Source: Hyphochytrium catenoides
Lineage: Eukaryota; Protista; Hyphochytriomycota
Assembly: GCA_900088475.1 (NCBI GenBank)
Contig: FLMG01001193.1
Span: 62,001-126,000, forward strand
DNA: 64,000 bases
Reading direction: 5' to 3'
Below are positions 26,236 to 38,233 of this stretch, in pieces. The notes beneath the pieces are model-generated. The model did not search any database and was not told the DNA's origin. It saw only the letters and a list, made by a program, of their open reading frames with translations. Made by a program: the position numbers and the translations under genes. Each line of letters begins with the position of its first letter. Position 1 is the first letter of the stretch.

Positions 26236-29200
26236 CTACCGACCACCCTTCGAATCAGGCATCGGCAGGTTATGGCCACGGATGTCTCTCATTCCCATTT
26301 TGCTAGGGTCCAGTCCGGCGAGCCTAGACTGCTGTCTAAATTTGTCCTCGTCCATATCAGCTACATAGATAAATGAGGAGAGGTTAAAGATGCTGGCACA
26401 ATGGCTAGAAATGCGAGAGTCAGAACTAGGACCTCTTCCCATGAACAGACCGCGAAGATGTAAGCAAATCAGACAAACTGAGAAGGTGGCCTAGGATGAT
26501 CTTCTCAGTACTCTGTGTGTGTCGTCACTTACACATTACTTTCTTGACTCCTCGCATGTCATTCATCATCATTTGCGGACCTCCTGGGAGTGAACTGCCT
26601 CCCATTGATAACCCTGGCATTCCGCCAGCCATTTGCGACATTGATCCTTGCATCATTGATCCTAGGGATCGCCCTTGAGTCAAGATTAACTGCTGATCGA
26701 AAAGAGAGCAACCCCAAAAAGGTATTTACCTGGTCCCATCGGTGGGCCACCCATTCCACTCATGCTTGAGCCTGGTCCTGGCATCATAGAGCCCATCGGG
26801 CCCATGGGGCCAGAAGGTCCCCCCATCGGCTGGCCGCCGCCCATCGGCCCACCTGGTCCTGGGCCCATTCCTCCCCCAGGGCCCATAGAGCTACCTGGCA
26901 TAGCACTGCCAGGGCCCATACCGCCGCCCGGTCCCATTGGTCCTCCTGGCATGGGACCTCCTGGGCCCATAGAGCTACTAGGAACCATGGAGCTTGTAGG
27001 TATGGGTCCCGAACCCATCGGTACTGAGACCATTGGCCCGACAGACTGAATGGTGCCACCAGAGCTCATGGGACCTTGGCCGGGCATTTGTCCACTTGGG
27101 CCCATTGAGCTTGTCGGACCACCAGAGCTCATGCCCATAGGTCCTCCCATGCCACTTGGTGTCATTGAAGCCATAGTGTTACTCATGGACATGGACATTG
27201 GGCCAGATGCCACACCACTTCCTACTCCCGACATAGGCCCGGATACAACCTGACCTCCAGCCATTGGGCCACCTTGTCCTGGCATCTGGTTAGGGGCAGC
27301 CATATGAAGATGTCCTGGCTGACCACTTCCACCGGTGGGAGGCAACCCGGGTGCCCCCGGATAGGGAGGACCTCCAGAGGTTTGGGCAACTCCTTTAGCT
27401 TGAGGTCCACCAGGCATCTGCAGCGTCTCACTGAAGCCAAATGTTCAGTTATATTAGATATAGCGGCATGAAAACTTCGAGGCCACAACATACCTCTCAT
27501 AGCCCATAGGAGCGCTAGTAGGTGGTTCAGAGGGGCCAGGGGCGGCCCCCATACTGTTGATTGGTGGCACACCTTGCCCGTCTCCATCCTGCTAAGGAGG
27601 TTATTGTTAGCGTCAGACACCTCGAGTGCCACCTTTTGCCCACTCTTACCCTCAAGGCATTTAGCCTTTCCCTAATAAACTGACTGTTGGCACCAAGCTC
27701 CAGGGCTTTTTGGTACGCATCTCTAGCATCACTTGGCTGATTACAGGTGTCGTAAAGGGTGCCCACGTTATACCTAAAGAAGATTGACAGAGAGAGTCAG
27801 CTATGGATCATATACATTCTGGCATCCACTTCCATACCAGACTTCAGCAATATTAGGGTTGGCTGAGATTGCTCGACTATATGCGTCCAGAGCATCCATG
27901 TACTATCAAAGACCATAATATGGGTCCACAAAGATATACAGGGCGATGTGTTGAGTGTGATAAGGTTAGTAAAAGTGTGATGAAGACAACCGTTCGCTGA
28001 GAGAATATCCTAACCTCGTTCAGCTGATAAAACAGGACACCTAAAGAGCACCAAACGTTTGGATTGTTCGGCTCACAGTTGCTGCGATAAGGCTGAAGTC
28101 AGCCTTTACTCTTGTAAGGCACAAACGCACAAACAAAGAAGTCTTACACTGCCCGTTTGTAAGCGTGATAGGCATCTTCGTACTCATTCTCCGCCATATA
28201 ACAACGTCCAAGAAGATACCACCCCTTCCCATCATTTGGATCTAGGGGTTCATATCATCATGAATTGTCAACGCTGGTCACAATAGTAGTAGAGATGCCC
28301 GTATTTCTCACCTATGCCAACTGCCTTCTTCAAATATTCAATGGCCGCGCGATTCTCTCCGCGTACTTTATAGCACAGCCAGCCTAGCTGTTGCAGAGCT
28401 TTCGCGTTGCTAGGATTGATTTCTACCACCTTCTGGTAAGCGCTCTTCGCAAGCTGGATCTGTACGTGCAGGATCACCTTAGTTATCCTGCTGCAACTAC
28501 ATTACTAAAGAGTATACTTACCTCATTCTTCAACTCATAGACATGACCTATTTGGGACCACACATCGCCGGCAATAGCAGGAGTGGGCTGGTCGTCAAGG
28601 ACTCGTCTCAGGCGCTGACCAGGATGCCGTCGGTTATAGAGTAATACTTGAGTTTAAAATTGTTGCTGTCCCCTCACCTCCAATGCTTCATCATAACGGC
28701 CCTTGGTCTTTGCAATCACTCCAAGCCGAAACCTAACCTCATGTGCCCTTGAGAACTTCGGGTCCATTTTCAGGACAGCATCAAACGCTTCCTCAGCGTG
28801 ATCCAAGGACCCGTAGCGATCATAGAGCACGCCGATCCCGTACCAAAGGTCAGCATCCTAAACGTAAGTTGTGTTCAGCTAAGAAAGGCCTATGACATCA
28901 AATTCTCGGTGCCTTCTCCCATTCTACCCTCGCCCCACTTCCTCCCTCAACGCCCCAAACCTGATCCTTTCACAGCGTCCTTACCTTGGGATCTGGGATG
29001 TGGTAGAGGGCATGTTGGTATGCTGCGTAGGCGTTCTGCAGATCGTTCATCATCAAATAGCAATAGCCCAAGTTGGCCCACGCTTCGCCATTGCTTCCGT
29101 TCATATTTATGACCCGTTGGAAAAACTCTGCTGCCTAAGAGGAAGGAGGTTAGATCTTCTGTCAAAAGTAGTGCACACGTCCGGCCAATCAACCTTTGTG

Positions 29201-29587
29201 TAGTTCTCCTTTTTCCGATGAAGAATGCCAACCATCTGTTGTGCCTTCATATTCACCGGATTGTGGTTCAGAACCTTCTCGTAGGCTTTAAAGGCTTCCT
29301 TCTCGTTATCCATGAGTTCAGCAATCGTGCCTGGATCCATACTACTCAGAAAAAGATTGCAACGAGTGGAACTCTCAGGACCTACCTATTTGCATCCAAG
29401 CTGTCTCATTGGCGATTGCAAGCTGCCTCAGGACCTGTGGAGGTTTATGTTAGCACAGATTGCGAAATTGCGTTTTAAGGTGTGTAGGTCGAGCTACCGG
29501 ATGTCCCTGATGCGATCCGTTATGATGCGTGGCCCCATTCACCTGCGGTGGAGCTTGCTCCATCGCAGCGACCATTCCTCTTGTCAT
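26236..29587 (-). CDS. CYC8: General transcriptional corepressor CYC8/SSN6 (TrfA)-like TPR protein with Gly/Pro/Met-rich C-terminus, multi-exon
   Basis: ANETAWMQIG, NGEAWANLGYCYLMMNDLQNAYAAYQHALYHIPDPK, DADLWYGIGVLYDRYG, VWSQIGHVYE, GWYLLGRCY, PNVWCSLGVLFYQLN, EVWYNVGTLYDTCNQ..DA.DAY; this is the Ssn6 TPR series. Confidence 0.9.
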
Positions 29588-30760
29588 ATTGGGGCGGATG
29601 ACTGCCACTATCTCCTTTTGTTAATGCCTGCGATGAAGGCTCAACAGACAATCGCTGATGTACAGCCTCCTATCTGTGACTACCACCACAACCCCGCCAG
29701 ATAGCAGCTTGTGCCACCTTATTCAGAGAAAATTAGGCTCTCTGCTAACCAGGAGCCTGGTGGTTCGCTTGACCTCAGCTGACTCTTCTCTAGCACCGTG
29801 AGTTCAAAATTTCAAGCTGCTTGGCTACCTTACGGATGGCTGGATATTATGACTCTACGCATCATAGAGTATGAAGCTCGATGTCGCGATCAAGGCTTGG
29901 ATAGGACGGTGCTCGATAGAATCACGTTTGATCCCCGGCAAAGCTAGTCTAGCTTTTCTCTCCTTCCAGGGTCTGTCTGCATGCTGTTGATCGGTCTTCC
30001 GCTTGGGCCCGTACCGTGAGTTATTAGTGCGGGTGATCTCTGGACTTCAAAATACTTTTGCAAGTCTCTTAGACGGCCCTCGTTCCTTCTCCTCCTCCTC
30101 CTTCCCTGCCCTGCCCCTGCCCTTCCCTCCTAGTTTCCTCATTAAGAAAGCCTGAGGTGGAAGCTACTCCTTACTTGACAATAGTAGTAGAGGGAGGGAA
30201 AGGGGACAAAGGTATGGGGTTCCATGGCGTAGTAATACTCCTAGATACGCAAAGACTATCTGAGGACAGTTTAAACTTTACAAAGCGTAATATTTACACA
30301 ACCTTGGTGGCCAAACATCAGAGATTGCCCATACATTGCTTCCCTTTCATCTTGAAATATCCTCCTTGATGTAAATTCACACTTACGAATACAATTTTTG
30401 CCCCTGTTGAAGAAGTTGGTTTGAGGTTGGCGGCGTCAGTTCTGATGATCAGCCTGCGCGCTCGCTGGCCTTGGCCTTTCGCCCGTCCTCTGACAGTTCC
30501 TTCTGCATCTTCGCTCAGAATCATCCGGAAGCTTTCGACAGACGAGAAGATAAAGCTCGCGGTGGCCAAGCTGTCACACGCGCCGGTCCGCACTAGCTCA
30601 CACTTCCTTACTGCCATAGACTTCAGTATACTGCGGATATCATTAGATGTAAAAGTCTAGCAGTTCCTACAGATCGGCTAGGCTTCCATTGAGTGCCTGA
30701 TCTGTCAGTCCTTCTCATAGGAGGATCTATTGCATTTTGACCAGCCATTTGTCAAGAAGA

Positions 30761-32220
30761 ATGCTAACCGCTCAACAAGAAAGCGCCGCTGCGCCTAGAT
30801 TTATGAGTGATGTTGAACGTGCAAGATCGCAATCCGTACCTTTGCCTGCCGCGGAAGCCAACAGCGGTCGCCCAGCGCCTCTTCTTTCCTCTACCTCAGT
30901 ACCCGCTTTGGCCCAGCGCCCATCGGCCGTGCTCCACGCTGGAGAGCCCATTCTTCTAGTAGAGTATAGGCACCGCGCGATGCTTACAGCCGCGGCTGCT
31001 CCCTACCTTAAGTTTGTCGACCGGGACACCATATGTAACGGGAAGGAAGTCTTCAGACTGGAGAAAGCGAGCGGAACTGAGGCGGACAAAATAATCCGCT
31101 ATGGAGACGTTGTTCACATCTGTTGCTATTCGGACCACATGGCCCTTAGAGGCTCCAAAGTAACCAAATATGTCAAGCTCTCTGGGGACCGAGACGACAA
31201 AGCCAAATTCATAGTTGAAGCTCTCTCTGGGGTTCCTCCTCCAGATGAAGATAGAGTGCTGAGACCGTCGTCGCCCTTTGAGCTTCGGAGTGTTGCGTGG
31301 AGCAAGCACTTGCTTGGGAAGTGCTTTATGCCACCTTTCATGGTAAAAACAGAGCTGTTTGACACTCAGAATTTCATGGGTTGTGCGACTTTGGGCAACG
31401 CAGAGAAGCCCAGCTCTTCCTTCCTGCGGTTGAGTTTGATGGCTGAACCGACGGAGCTGATGTCAAGGTTCAGCGACGTGTTGCGGTACAACTTGGTTGC
31501 AGGAGTCTGTCCTCGCTGTCAGAACATGCTCCAAGGGCTAGCTGGAAATGTTGTTGTATGCAGGTTCTGCAAGAACTGTAAGTGATTGAGTTTCTCAGCG
31601 CCTCTCTATGGATTTGAGATCTGACCCGTCTCTTTTCACTTTCTGCATGATGGGTCCTCATTACCTGTCATAGCAAGCCGGATGCCAGCTGTCATCTGGG
31701 GTCGAGAACACCCATCAGCCAGCGCCTACCGGAATGATTATGCTTGCCCCCACTGCACCAGAGTCTTCGTCAATCCAGCAGATCTTGTGCGGCATGTGGA
31801 GGACTATCACTCTCAAGAGGGTACCAGTGAATTTGCGACTCAGAGCCAGAGCAGCCGATGCCCAGAATGCAACGTTGCCTTCGAGGTGAGTTCATGGACT
31901 CGTGATGGCGCCGCAACCTGTCATTAACCCCTCCTCGTCAGGATCCCGTCAAGCTTGTGGAACACGTGCAGTCGTGGCATCCTGACTCAGAGAGTGCCAG
32001 GCCAGTCAAGGCTGGCGATATCGAGAACAGATGCAACTATTGCGGCCTCGTCTGTAGCTCGGCCGTGGACCTTGTCTCACACGTGGAGTCTGTACATAGA
32101 GATGCCTTTGAGTCGTCTACGCCAGCGCAAGAGAGCGAATGTCCAATATGTGGCCTTCGCTTTCTCTCTGCTGTGGAGCTGGTGGACCATGTGGAAATCC
32201 AGCATAAGAGTGACACTTAG
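30761..32220 (+). CDS. Zinc-finger protein: beta-rich N-terminal region, one C4 zinc ribbon and four C2H2 fingers; 3 exons
   Basis: CPRC-x13-CRFC, then CPHC...VRHVEDYH, CPEC...VEHVQSWH, CNYC...VSHVESVH, CPIC...VDHVEIQH. Introns at ~31578-31673 and ~31886-31941 keep the frame. Confidence 0.8.
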
Positions 32221-32344
32221 AAGTGTCACAGATGTTTCTCTTTATTTTTCGTTTTCCTATTTACCCTCAGCCGCTAAGCGGTATAGATAGCATTGGTGTT
32301 CACTTCTACAACGCCAATGGCAACCCTTAAGGTTTCACTTAGGG

Positions 32345-35300
32345 CTACACGTCCTCAGTGAAACGCTGACCTGTGACAGGGTCTGTCTTCAGATCCCCAT
32401 TCGTGTTTTTATAGCGTACGAGGGTGCCGTTGGGATACACTGCGAAGATCGTATCCCCAATCCTCTTCCCGTCATACTAGAAGTGAGAAAAACACAAAAG
32501 TACATAAGGATTATGTTTTTCGCAATCCCCCCACATCAGCCACGAAGTAGCCTGGTTTACTCACCGCACAACGAGTGTCAGGAGTTATCTCTTGATAGCG
32601 TGACATCGCCTCAGCCTTTTCACAAGCCACCTGCAAAAATCTGTACCGCCAGAGATTCCGCACAATCATGGCATCTCTGACTCTGTAGGAGGAGTTTGGT
32701 AGCACTTGGCTGAAGTAGTCTTTCAACTCCGACAATGTCAAGTCCTTTGGTAGCACCTCCATGGCCTAGATATCGAAAGAGCCAATGGAAATGGTCAGCC
32801 ATGGTACCTAAGAAGTTCGGCTATTGACCAGGGGCTGCAGTGGAACTGCTTTCCCGAAACTCAATGGCCAATAAGTCCCCCTTTCCCAAGCCTGCCCAAG
32901 ACCAATCCACCCCATCATGACCCAACTCAAAGCCTATGTGTCGCCAATCACCTGGATGGGATTGATGTTCTTAGCATTGGTTCGGAGCACAGACATGGCT
33001 CTTTCCTTAAATTGAGCTCGCTGTGTAGGATCCTTGGGATTGAGCAGGGCCTGAAGATGAACCGGAAGCTTAGCGAACATCTGTAAAGCCAAACGAGACC
33101 AAAAACAAGGCACAAGAAAGGCAACAAAAGCTCATACCTTAATTAGCCTAATCAGGAGCGGGTTATCATGATATCGAGCGTCACTTAAGTTCTTGGCATG
33201 GCCAAACTGCAGGCAGTAGATCTCGGCAGCTAGTAAAGGCGAAGAGAACACATGGCAGTGAAGTCGTTCAGTTAACATGAATTTACTGTGTCCAAGATAA
33301 ATGATGAAGCTCAGGCAAGCCGAAGACAAACACGTGCGGCTATTCAGAAAACTACGTCTAAATGTCAGACGTCTTACCTCTAGGATCACCAACCTCGTAG
33401 AGCAAGATATCAATGGCATCTTCGTGTCGGCCAGCTTTGCTACAAAGGTTGACATACTCTGCAATGAGTTGGTTCTGCCTCGTCACCTCCAGAAGGCGGG
33501 CCATGTCGTAGGACCCGCCACGCTTGATAAAATCCACTAGTTTCTGGCGTACAACCTGTAGCCTTCCAGTCTCAACTTTCACATTAACTAATAGGCAAAG
33601 GAACCGGCAATTTAGACTCCTGAGGCCGGATTTTAGCTGATCAGCAAATTAGCCTACCAGGTGCCGACTTTCGCCTGGATGATCCTGCCTGCTGGATAAG
33701 ATCTACAGTTTCCCTGATATACTCCATTGCTAACCGTGTGTGATAGCTTTCAACAGTCTTCGTGTCCTAGGCACACACAGTTAATAAAAAGACAAACTGA
33801 GTAGGGTAGGAGGGATGCGGAATATCCACCGTAAACCTCCAAGTGATACTTCCTTCATCACCCCCTGCAGCTCAACTACCGCTTGTCCCCTTCCTTGTTG
33901 TTACTGAAGGAACTCAACGAGTCCTTATTTGATAGCTGAGACTCACAGGATCATTGACAAGATGTTCTAGATACCGCTGCACCAACGTGTAATCCTGAAA
34001 GCCATCGAGGTAGTGAAGTATCTCCTCAACGGGAAGGGGCACTTTACGGGATCCGCAGAGAATTTTGAGTCCTATAACAGGAGGTGTGAGAGGAGACACG
34101 ATACTCTACTTGAAGCCTTAAATATGTGGCAATGAGTCTGCCTTTTGTGCCTTCTGATCTCTTCCTCCTACCTCGGTCTGGGTCGAGGCGCAGGACCCAA
34201 GCAGCGTACTTGAAGATGAGGTCTAGAGAGTCCGTGTTCAAGAGAACAACGACCGTTTGGTCTATGCATTTGTTTTGCAGCTCAATGTCCTCTTTACCTG
34301 CGATCATGCACATATCAAGCAAAATTGGTTGTACGATCACGCACATATCGAGCAAAACGAGTTGAATAAATAGTGGTAACCCCTCAAGGGAGAGAGAGTA
34401 CTAGAGTATCACGACAAACAGTAGTCCAACTTCTGAAGTATTAGGAGTTGCACGTACTTGTTCCAACTTTGGCCCACACGCTTAGGGCTTCAGGAACCAT
34501 ACCCTTGGCTCTATAGAGCATTGCCTGTGCGTTGGATAGCTTGGACGTCGACAGAAAAGGGATAGATTCCTCAAGGTCTAGGGCTGCCCCACTACTTATC
34601 AGATCCTCCACATCGGCTCTTCTACCAAGAGAAACGTAAAGTCGCAGAAGAGCCGTGTTCACAGCGAGCATTGCCTATAGAGCAGAATGGAGTGGTACCG
34701 TGAGATATGGCCGAGTTAGTTTTCACGGGTTATGTCCAGGTATACATTAACGGTCTCACATTTTCCGAGCTCTGGGCTTTTGGTTGCCCTTGCGCCTCCT
34801 CTAGAAAGGTGCACAAACAGGAGCGACTGATGCTAAGAAGTTCTCTTTGGGAAGGCTCCCTGATGTTCTTCTTCATCTGAATCTCTGTGATGACTGACGC
34901 GATATCGGGCTTAGAACTCTGACCGTACGGAATGACCCGAGGCTCCAGGAGAAGGGGGCGATAATTAAAGTATTTGGTCTAAGAGACAGAAGCGTTAATA
35001 AAATCGACCGTGCGGTGTGTCCGTGAGAGCATACATATCTGTCACCCTATAACCCCCTGTTTACCCATATGTAATTGAGGTCAGTCATCTAGTCCTATTC
35101 ATAGTGGTTCTTTGACCTCTCAAGAACTCCAGACGGAGCGAGATACCAAGACACTTCTACCCACCACCTCTGGCGCTGTCCCTTTACCTGGAGCTCAGGG
35201 AAAAAAGCTATGAGCTCTCTTGGATCCACCTGAGCTTGAGAAAGATGGAAGAAAGAGTCATCGAACCGAAGCTGGGTCAGAAGAGTAATTCCAGCCGTCT

Positions 35301-37020
35301 CATGAAAGCGTTGAAGCCGCTGTTGTCTCTGAAAAGACGGTTGCCGTTGGTACAAATCCACAGTAAGCAACGCGCACTAGGTGAAATTCTAACCTCAGAA
35401 TCGGGCATTCTAGCAGGGAAGCTGGCGATAAGCATCTCATGCGCCTCCTCAACTTTCCCCAATTTCAATAGATCATCTGCTTGCTGTTCAAAGGGAACAC
35501 GCTGCAGTAGGAATAGCTGCAGGGGGGTCGCTGAAGGTAGCATTTGAGTGTAAGTAGACTAGAAGGATGAAGCGAGGGACTATTTTTGCCGGGCATGGGA
35601 CATCGATAGACATTCTGTCACCCTATTGGCAGCTCTCATTCCCTGCTTACCTATAAAGACTAAGTCATCCGGATCGGAAAGGGGCTTGGGGACTCCCTGC
35701 CAGCTAAGACTATTGCAACTGAGGCACATGGCTCCTTTTAATGGTATGCTCTGCACCAAAGCTTGGTCCTTCGCACTATGAACCTTGACAAGCGAAGCGG
35801 GTGAGATGAGAGATGCTGAGTTGAAGGTGTAACACATTGTCCTTTCTGACCTCAACTGCCCTAGATGGTAGTATGGAGATGATGTTTGGAACATGGTAGC
35901 CGAAAGACGAAGGGGATTGTGACCAATTCACTGGATTCTTTTGTGCCACCTCGCCCGAGAGAGATAGGAAAACTCCCAACTTGTCAAGAGTTGACAGCAG
36001 GACCTCGCTCTCGGGCATTAGCTCAAGCATGGGAATCGTTTTGCTTGCGTCAATGCTGCATGCATAAAAGGTTAGGGCTACTCAGATCATCGCAGACACT
36101 ATAGAGGAAGAGAATCCGGAAATTTTGGTAAATGGACCTTGAAGGAGATAGGTATAGTTTGAACTTTGATTCACTAGTCGTGGAAAGTATGGGTGGACAT
36201 TTTTGTCTTTCCCCAAAGACACGCAGTATGGTGAGAAGAACAAGCTCTGGTGGTGTAGGGATGACATGGTGAAATGGCCCCAATAGTGAGCCAAAAAGGC
36301 GAATCGAGCTCGACGGCCGCCTAGATTGAGAGGAATACGCTCGATAAGGATGGGGAACAAGTCAGACCAACCGCACCTTGAACTACCAAAAGGCACAGAG
36401 TCGCCGGTGTTCTCGTTGATAAGCCAATAGTCCCGCCGGTAGCCTACGACCAAGGTTCTGCCTATCCAAAGCATTGTACTAGGAAGGTCACCAATGTTGA
36501 GCTCCTTGGAGAAGCGGTACTGGCCTGAATGATAATCGAAAAGAGCAAGCTTCCTCTTCATGGCAGCCACAATAGAGAAGGAAGGAGGACCGCGCTGGTT
36601 GACGGCCATCAGCTGTAAGCAAAATTGAGGAAAGAAAACGTTAGGGTTAGAAGGAAGCCAATACATCTGCCAAGGGGGGATTTGAAGAAGGCCCAGACGG
36701 CTAGCAAGAGTAAGGGTAGAGAGGATGGGACAATGTACTACATACCCGAGCACCTCTGACGTTAAAGCCAGACGGCAATATCTCGAGGTCTGATAGACTG
36801 TGAGCGGTGATGGCGCCATCACAGAGCACCAGAAGAGTTCCAATCTCGGGTACAGCAATCAGTTGCTCTATGCGTTTTCCCTTAATCACTTGCTTCTGTC
36901 CCACAAGCCTCCCGATGCAGCCATCTGCAGCATCAACATAAGCAATAGAGCTTGTAGGGCTGTCAAAAAACTAATGCATACCTCGAGATCGTTCCAGAGC
37001 ATAGACGAGAACCCGTCCAT
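32345..37020 (-). CDS. CNH-domain vacuolar tethering subunit, VPS3/TGFBRAP1 (VPS39 family), multi-exon
   Basis: CNH-like KRIEQLIAVPEIGTLLVLCDG, MLWIGRTLVVG, LGVFLSLSG..PVNWS; VDPRELIAFFP; IFKYAAWVL..DP; RYLEHLV; MEVLPKDL.LSEL..Y; C-terminal KRIGDTIFAVYPNG...PVTGQRF. The ending resembles VPS3/TGFBRAP1 more than VPS39 (inference). Confidence 0.85.
34301..34364. repeat. Two-copy 33-bp-period tandem duplication inside an intron
   Basis: cgatcatgcacatatcaagcaaaattggttg (34301-34331) versus cgatcacgcacatatcgagcaaaacgagttg (34334-34364). Confidence 0.85.
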
Positions 37021-38233
37021 CCTGAGTCCCGACGAAGACAGTGCTGCCGGCCTGAGCCAATGACTCTGCGCCGTGATAAAGCCCCTATTAGCTTTGGTTA
37101 TAGGTCGTTCTTGAGGAGAATCGCATGTTACCTGCTTTCCCAGCAAGCTCTCCGACAATCGGAACCAAAAAGTAAGCCTGGCGCGACATTTTCAAAGAAA
37201 CAGCTTCCTTTTTTCGGGCCTACAAGCCTCAAAGATCAAACGCTATTCCCTATGATTATCGTTTTCCATGAGCTAGCTCATCCTTCTCTAGTGTTCTAAC
37301 TGGAGGCACCCATCTCCGGCTCAGGCGATATATTTATGTCCTGATGGTCTCCCTCGTGGTGCCTGCAAGATGGCCGTGCGTGATAAAGATTTGGCACCAC
37401 CAAAGAGTCCCGTCCTTGGCCCTTGTCTACCTTCCACAGGTTCTGAAGATTGCAGGATGCGGCAGCAGCTGAGGCAGCTCCAGTTCCGTTCGATGAAGAG
37501 AGCGCCAGGCCGCCGACCAGATCTGTAGAACTCGAGGAGGAGATAAGAATCAGCCTGTTGCTGTCTCTATCATCAGAGCCTGCACGCAGAGGTTCTACCC
37601 TGGGTTCTTCGTACTCTCAACATCAAGAAAGACTGTCATCAAGACCCAAAAAAGAAAGCCCTTGATTTCCCGAGGTTGTTAAAAAGATCTGTACATAGGA
37701 TTACTACAAGTATATGATTTTCCTGACTGATCTCAAGCTTCATCCTGAAGATTGTGCTGTGGACAGAGCGCGGCAAGCGAGTGAGGTCGGCCTGGAAATC
37801 AGCGCTGCCCTCGTGCGGATGGATGAAGTTGAAGAGATCTGTAAGAGATAGATGCTTGTATGACCTGCTCAATCAATAGAATACCAAGCCGACGGCCCCT
37901 CCAGCAGCATAAAGCATAGCAGTATAAGGCTGTAGAGAGCTTATTCATCTTTTCTTCAAACCGTCACCTCGCCCTGCCTGAAGCGCAACGCATGTGGCTC
38001 GAAACTCTTTCAGAGTAGTCCTCCCTAAATGGCCAGCAGGCAACAGAATTAAAGGAGAAAGAGGCGCTGAAGAGAGGTCTTTTGACATATCTCGATCGAC
38101 AACATCATAGTGCGTTAACAAACAACCCTTCGATTTGAAGGTCATCTCTTTTGAGAAGCCCAGAAGGAGAACGAGTTCTATTGAATGGCTGTTTCGCTAT
38201 CTGTCATTTAGAGGCGTTGGGAAGTGATACCAG

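Noticed and set aside
26762-27253. Collagen-like GPI/GPP ORFs on the + strand
   Set aside because: Antisense shadow of the Gly/Pro/Met-rich CYC8 exon.
36640-36650. gttagggttag, the reverse complement of CTAACCCTAAC (identical to the vertebrate telomerase RNA template), in a window containing TERT
   Set aside because: It lies at the branch-point position (CTAAC) of a VPS3 intron just upstream of the acceptor. No supporting RNA structure or promoter was seen.
37573-37642. Minus-strand TGATGA...CTGA about 70 nt apart (C/D snoRNA-like)
   Set aside because: Imperfect C box, no terminal stem, and only ~8 nt of recalled rRNA complementarity.
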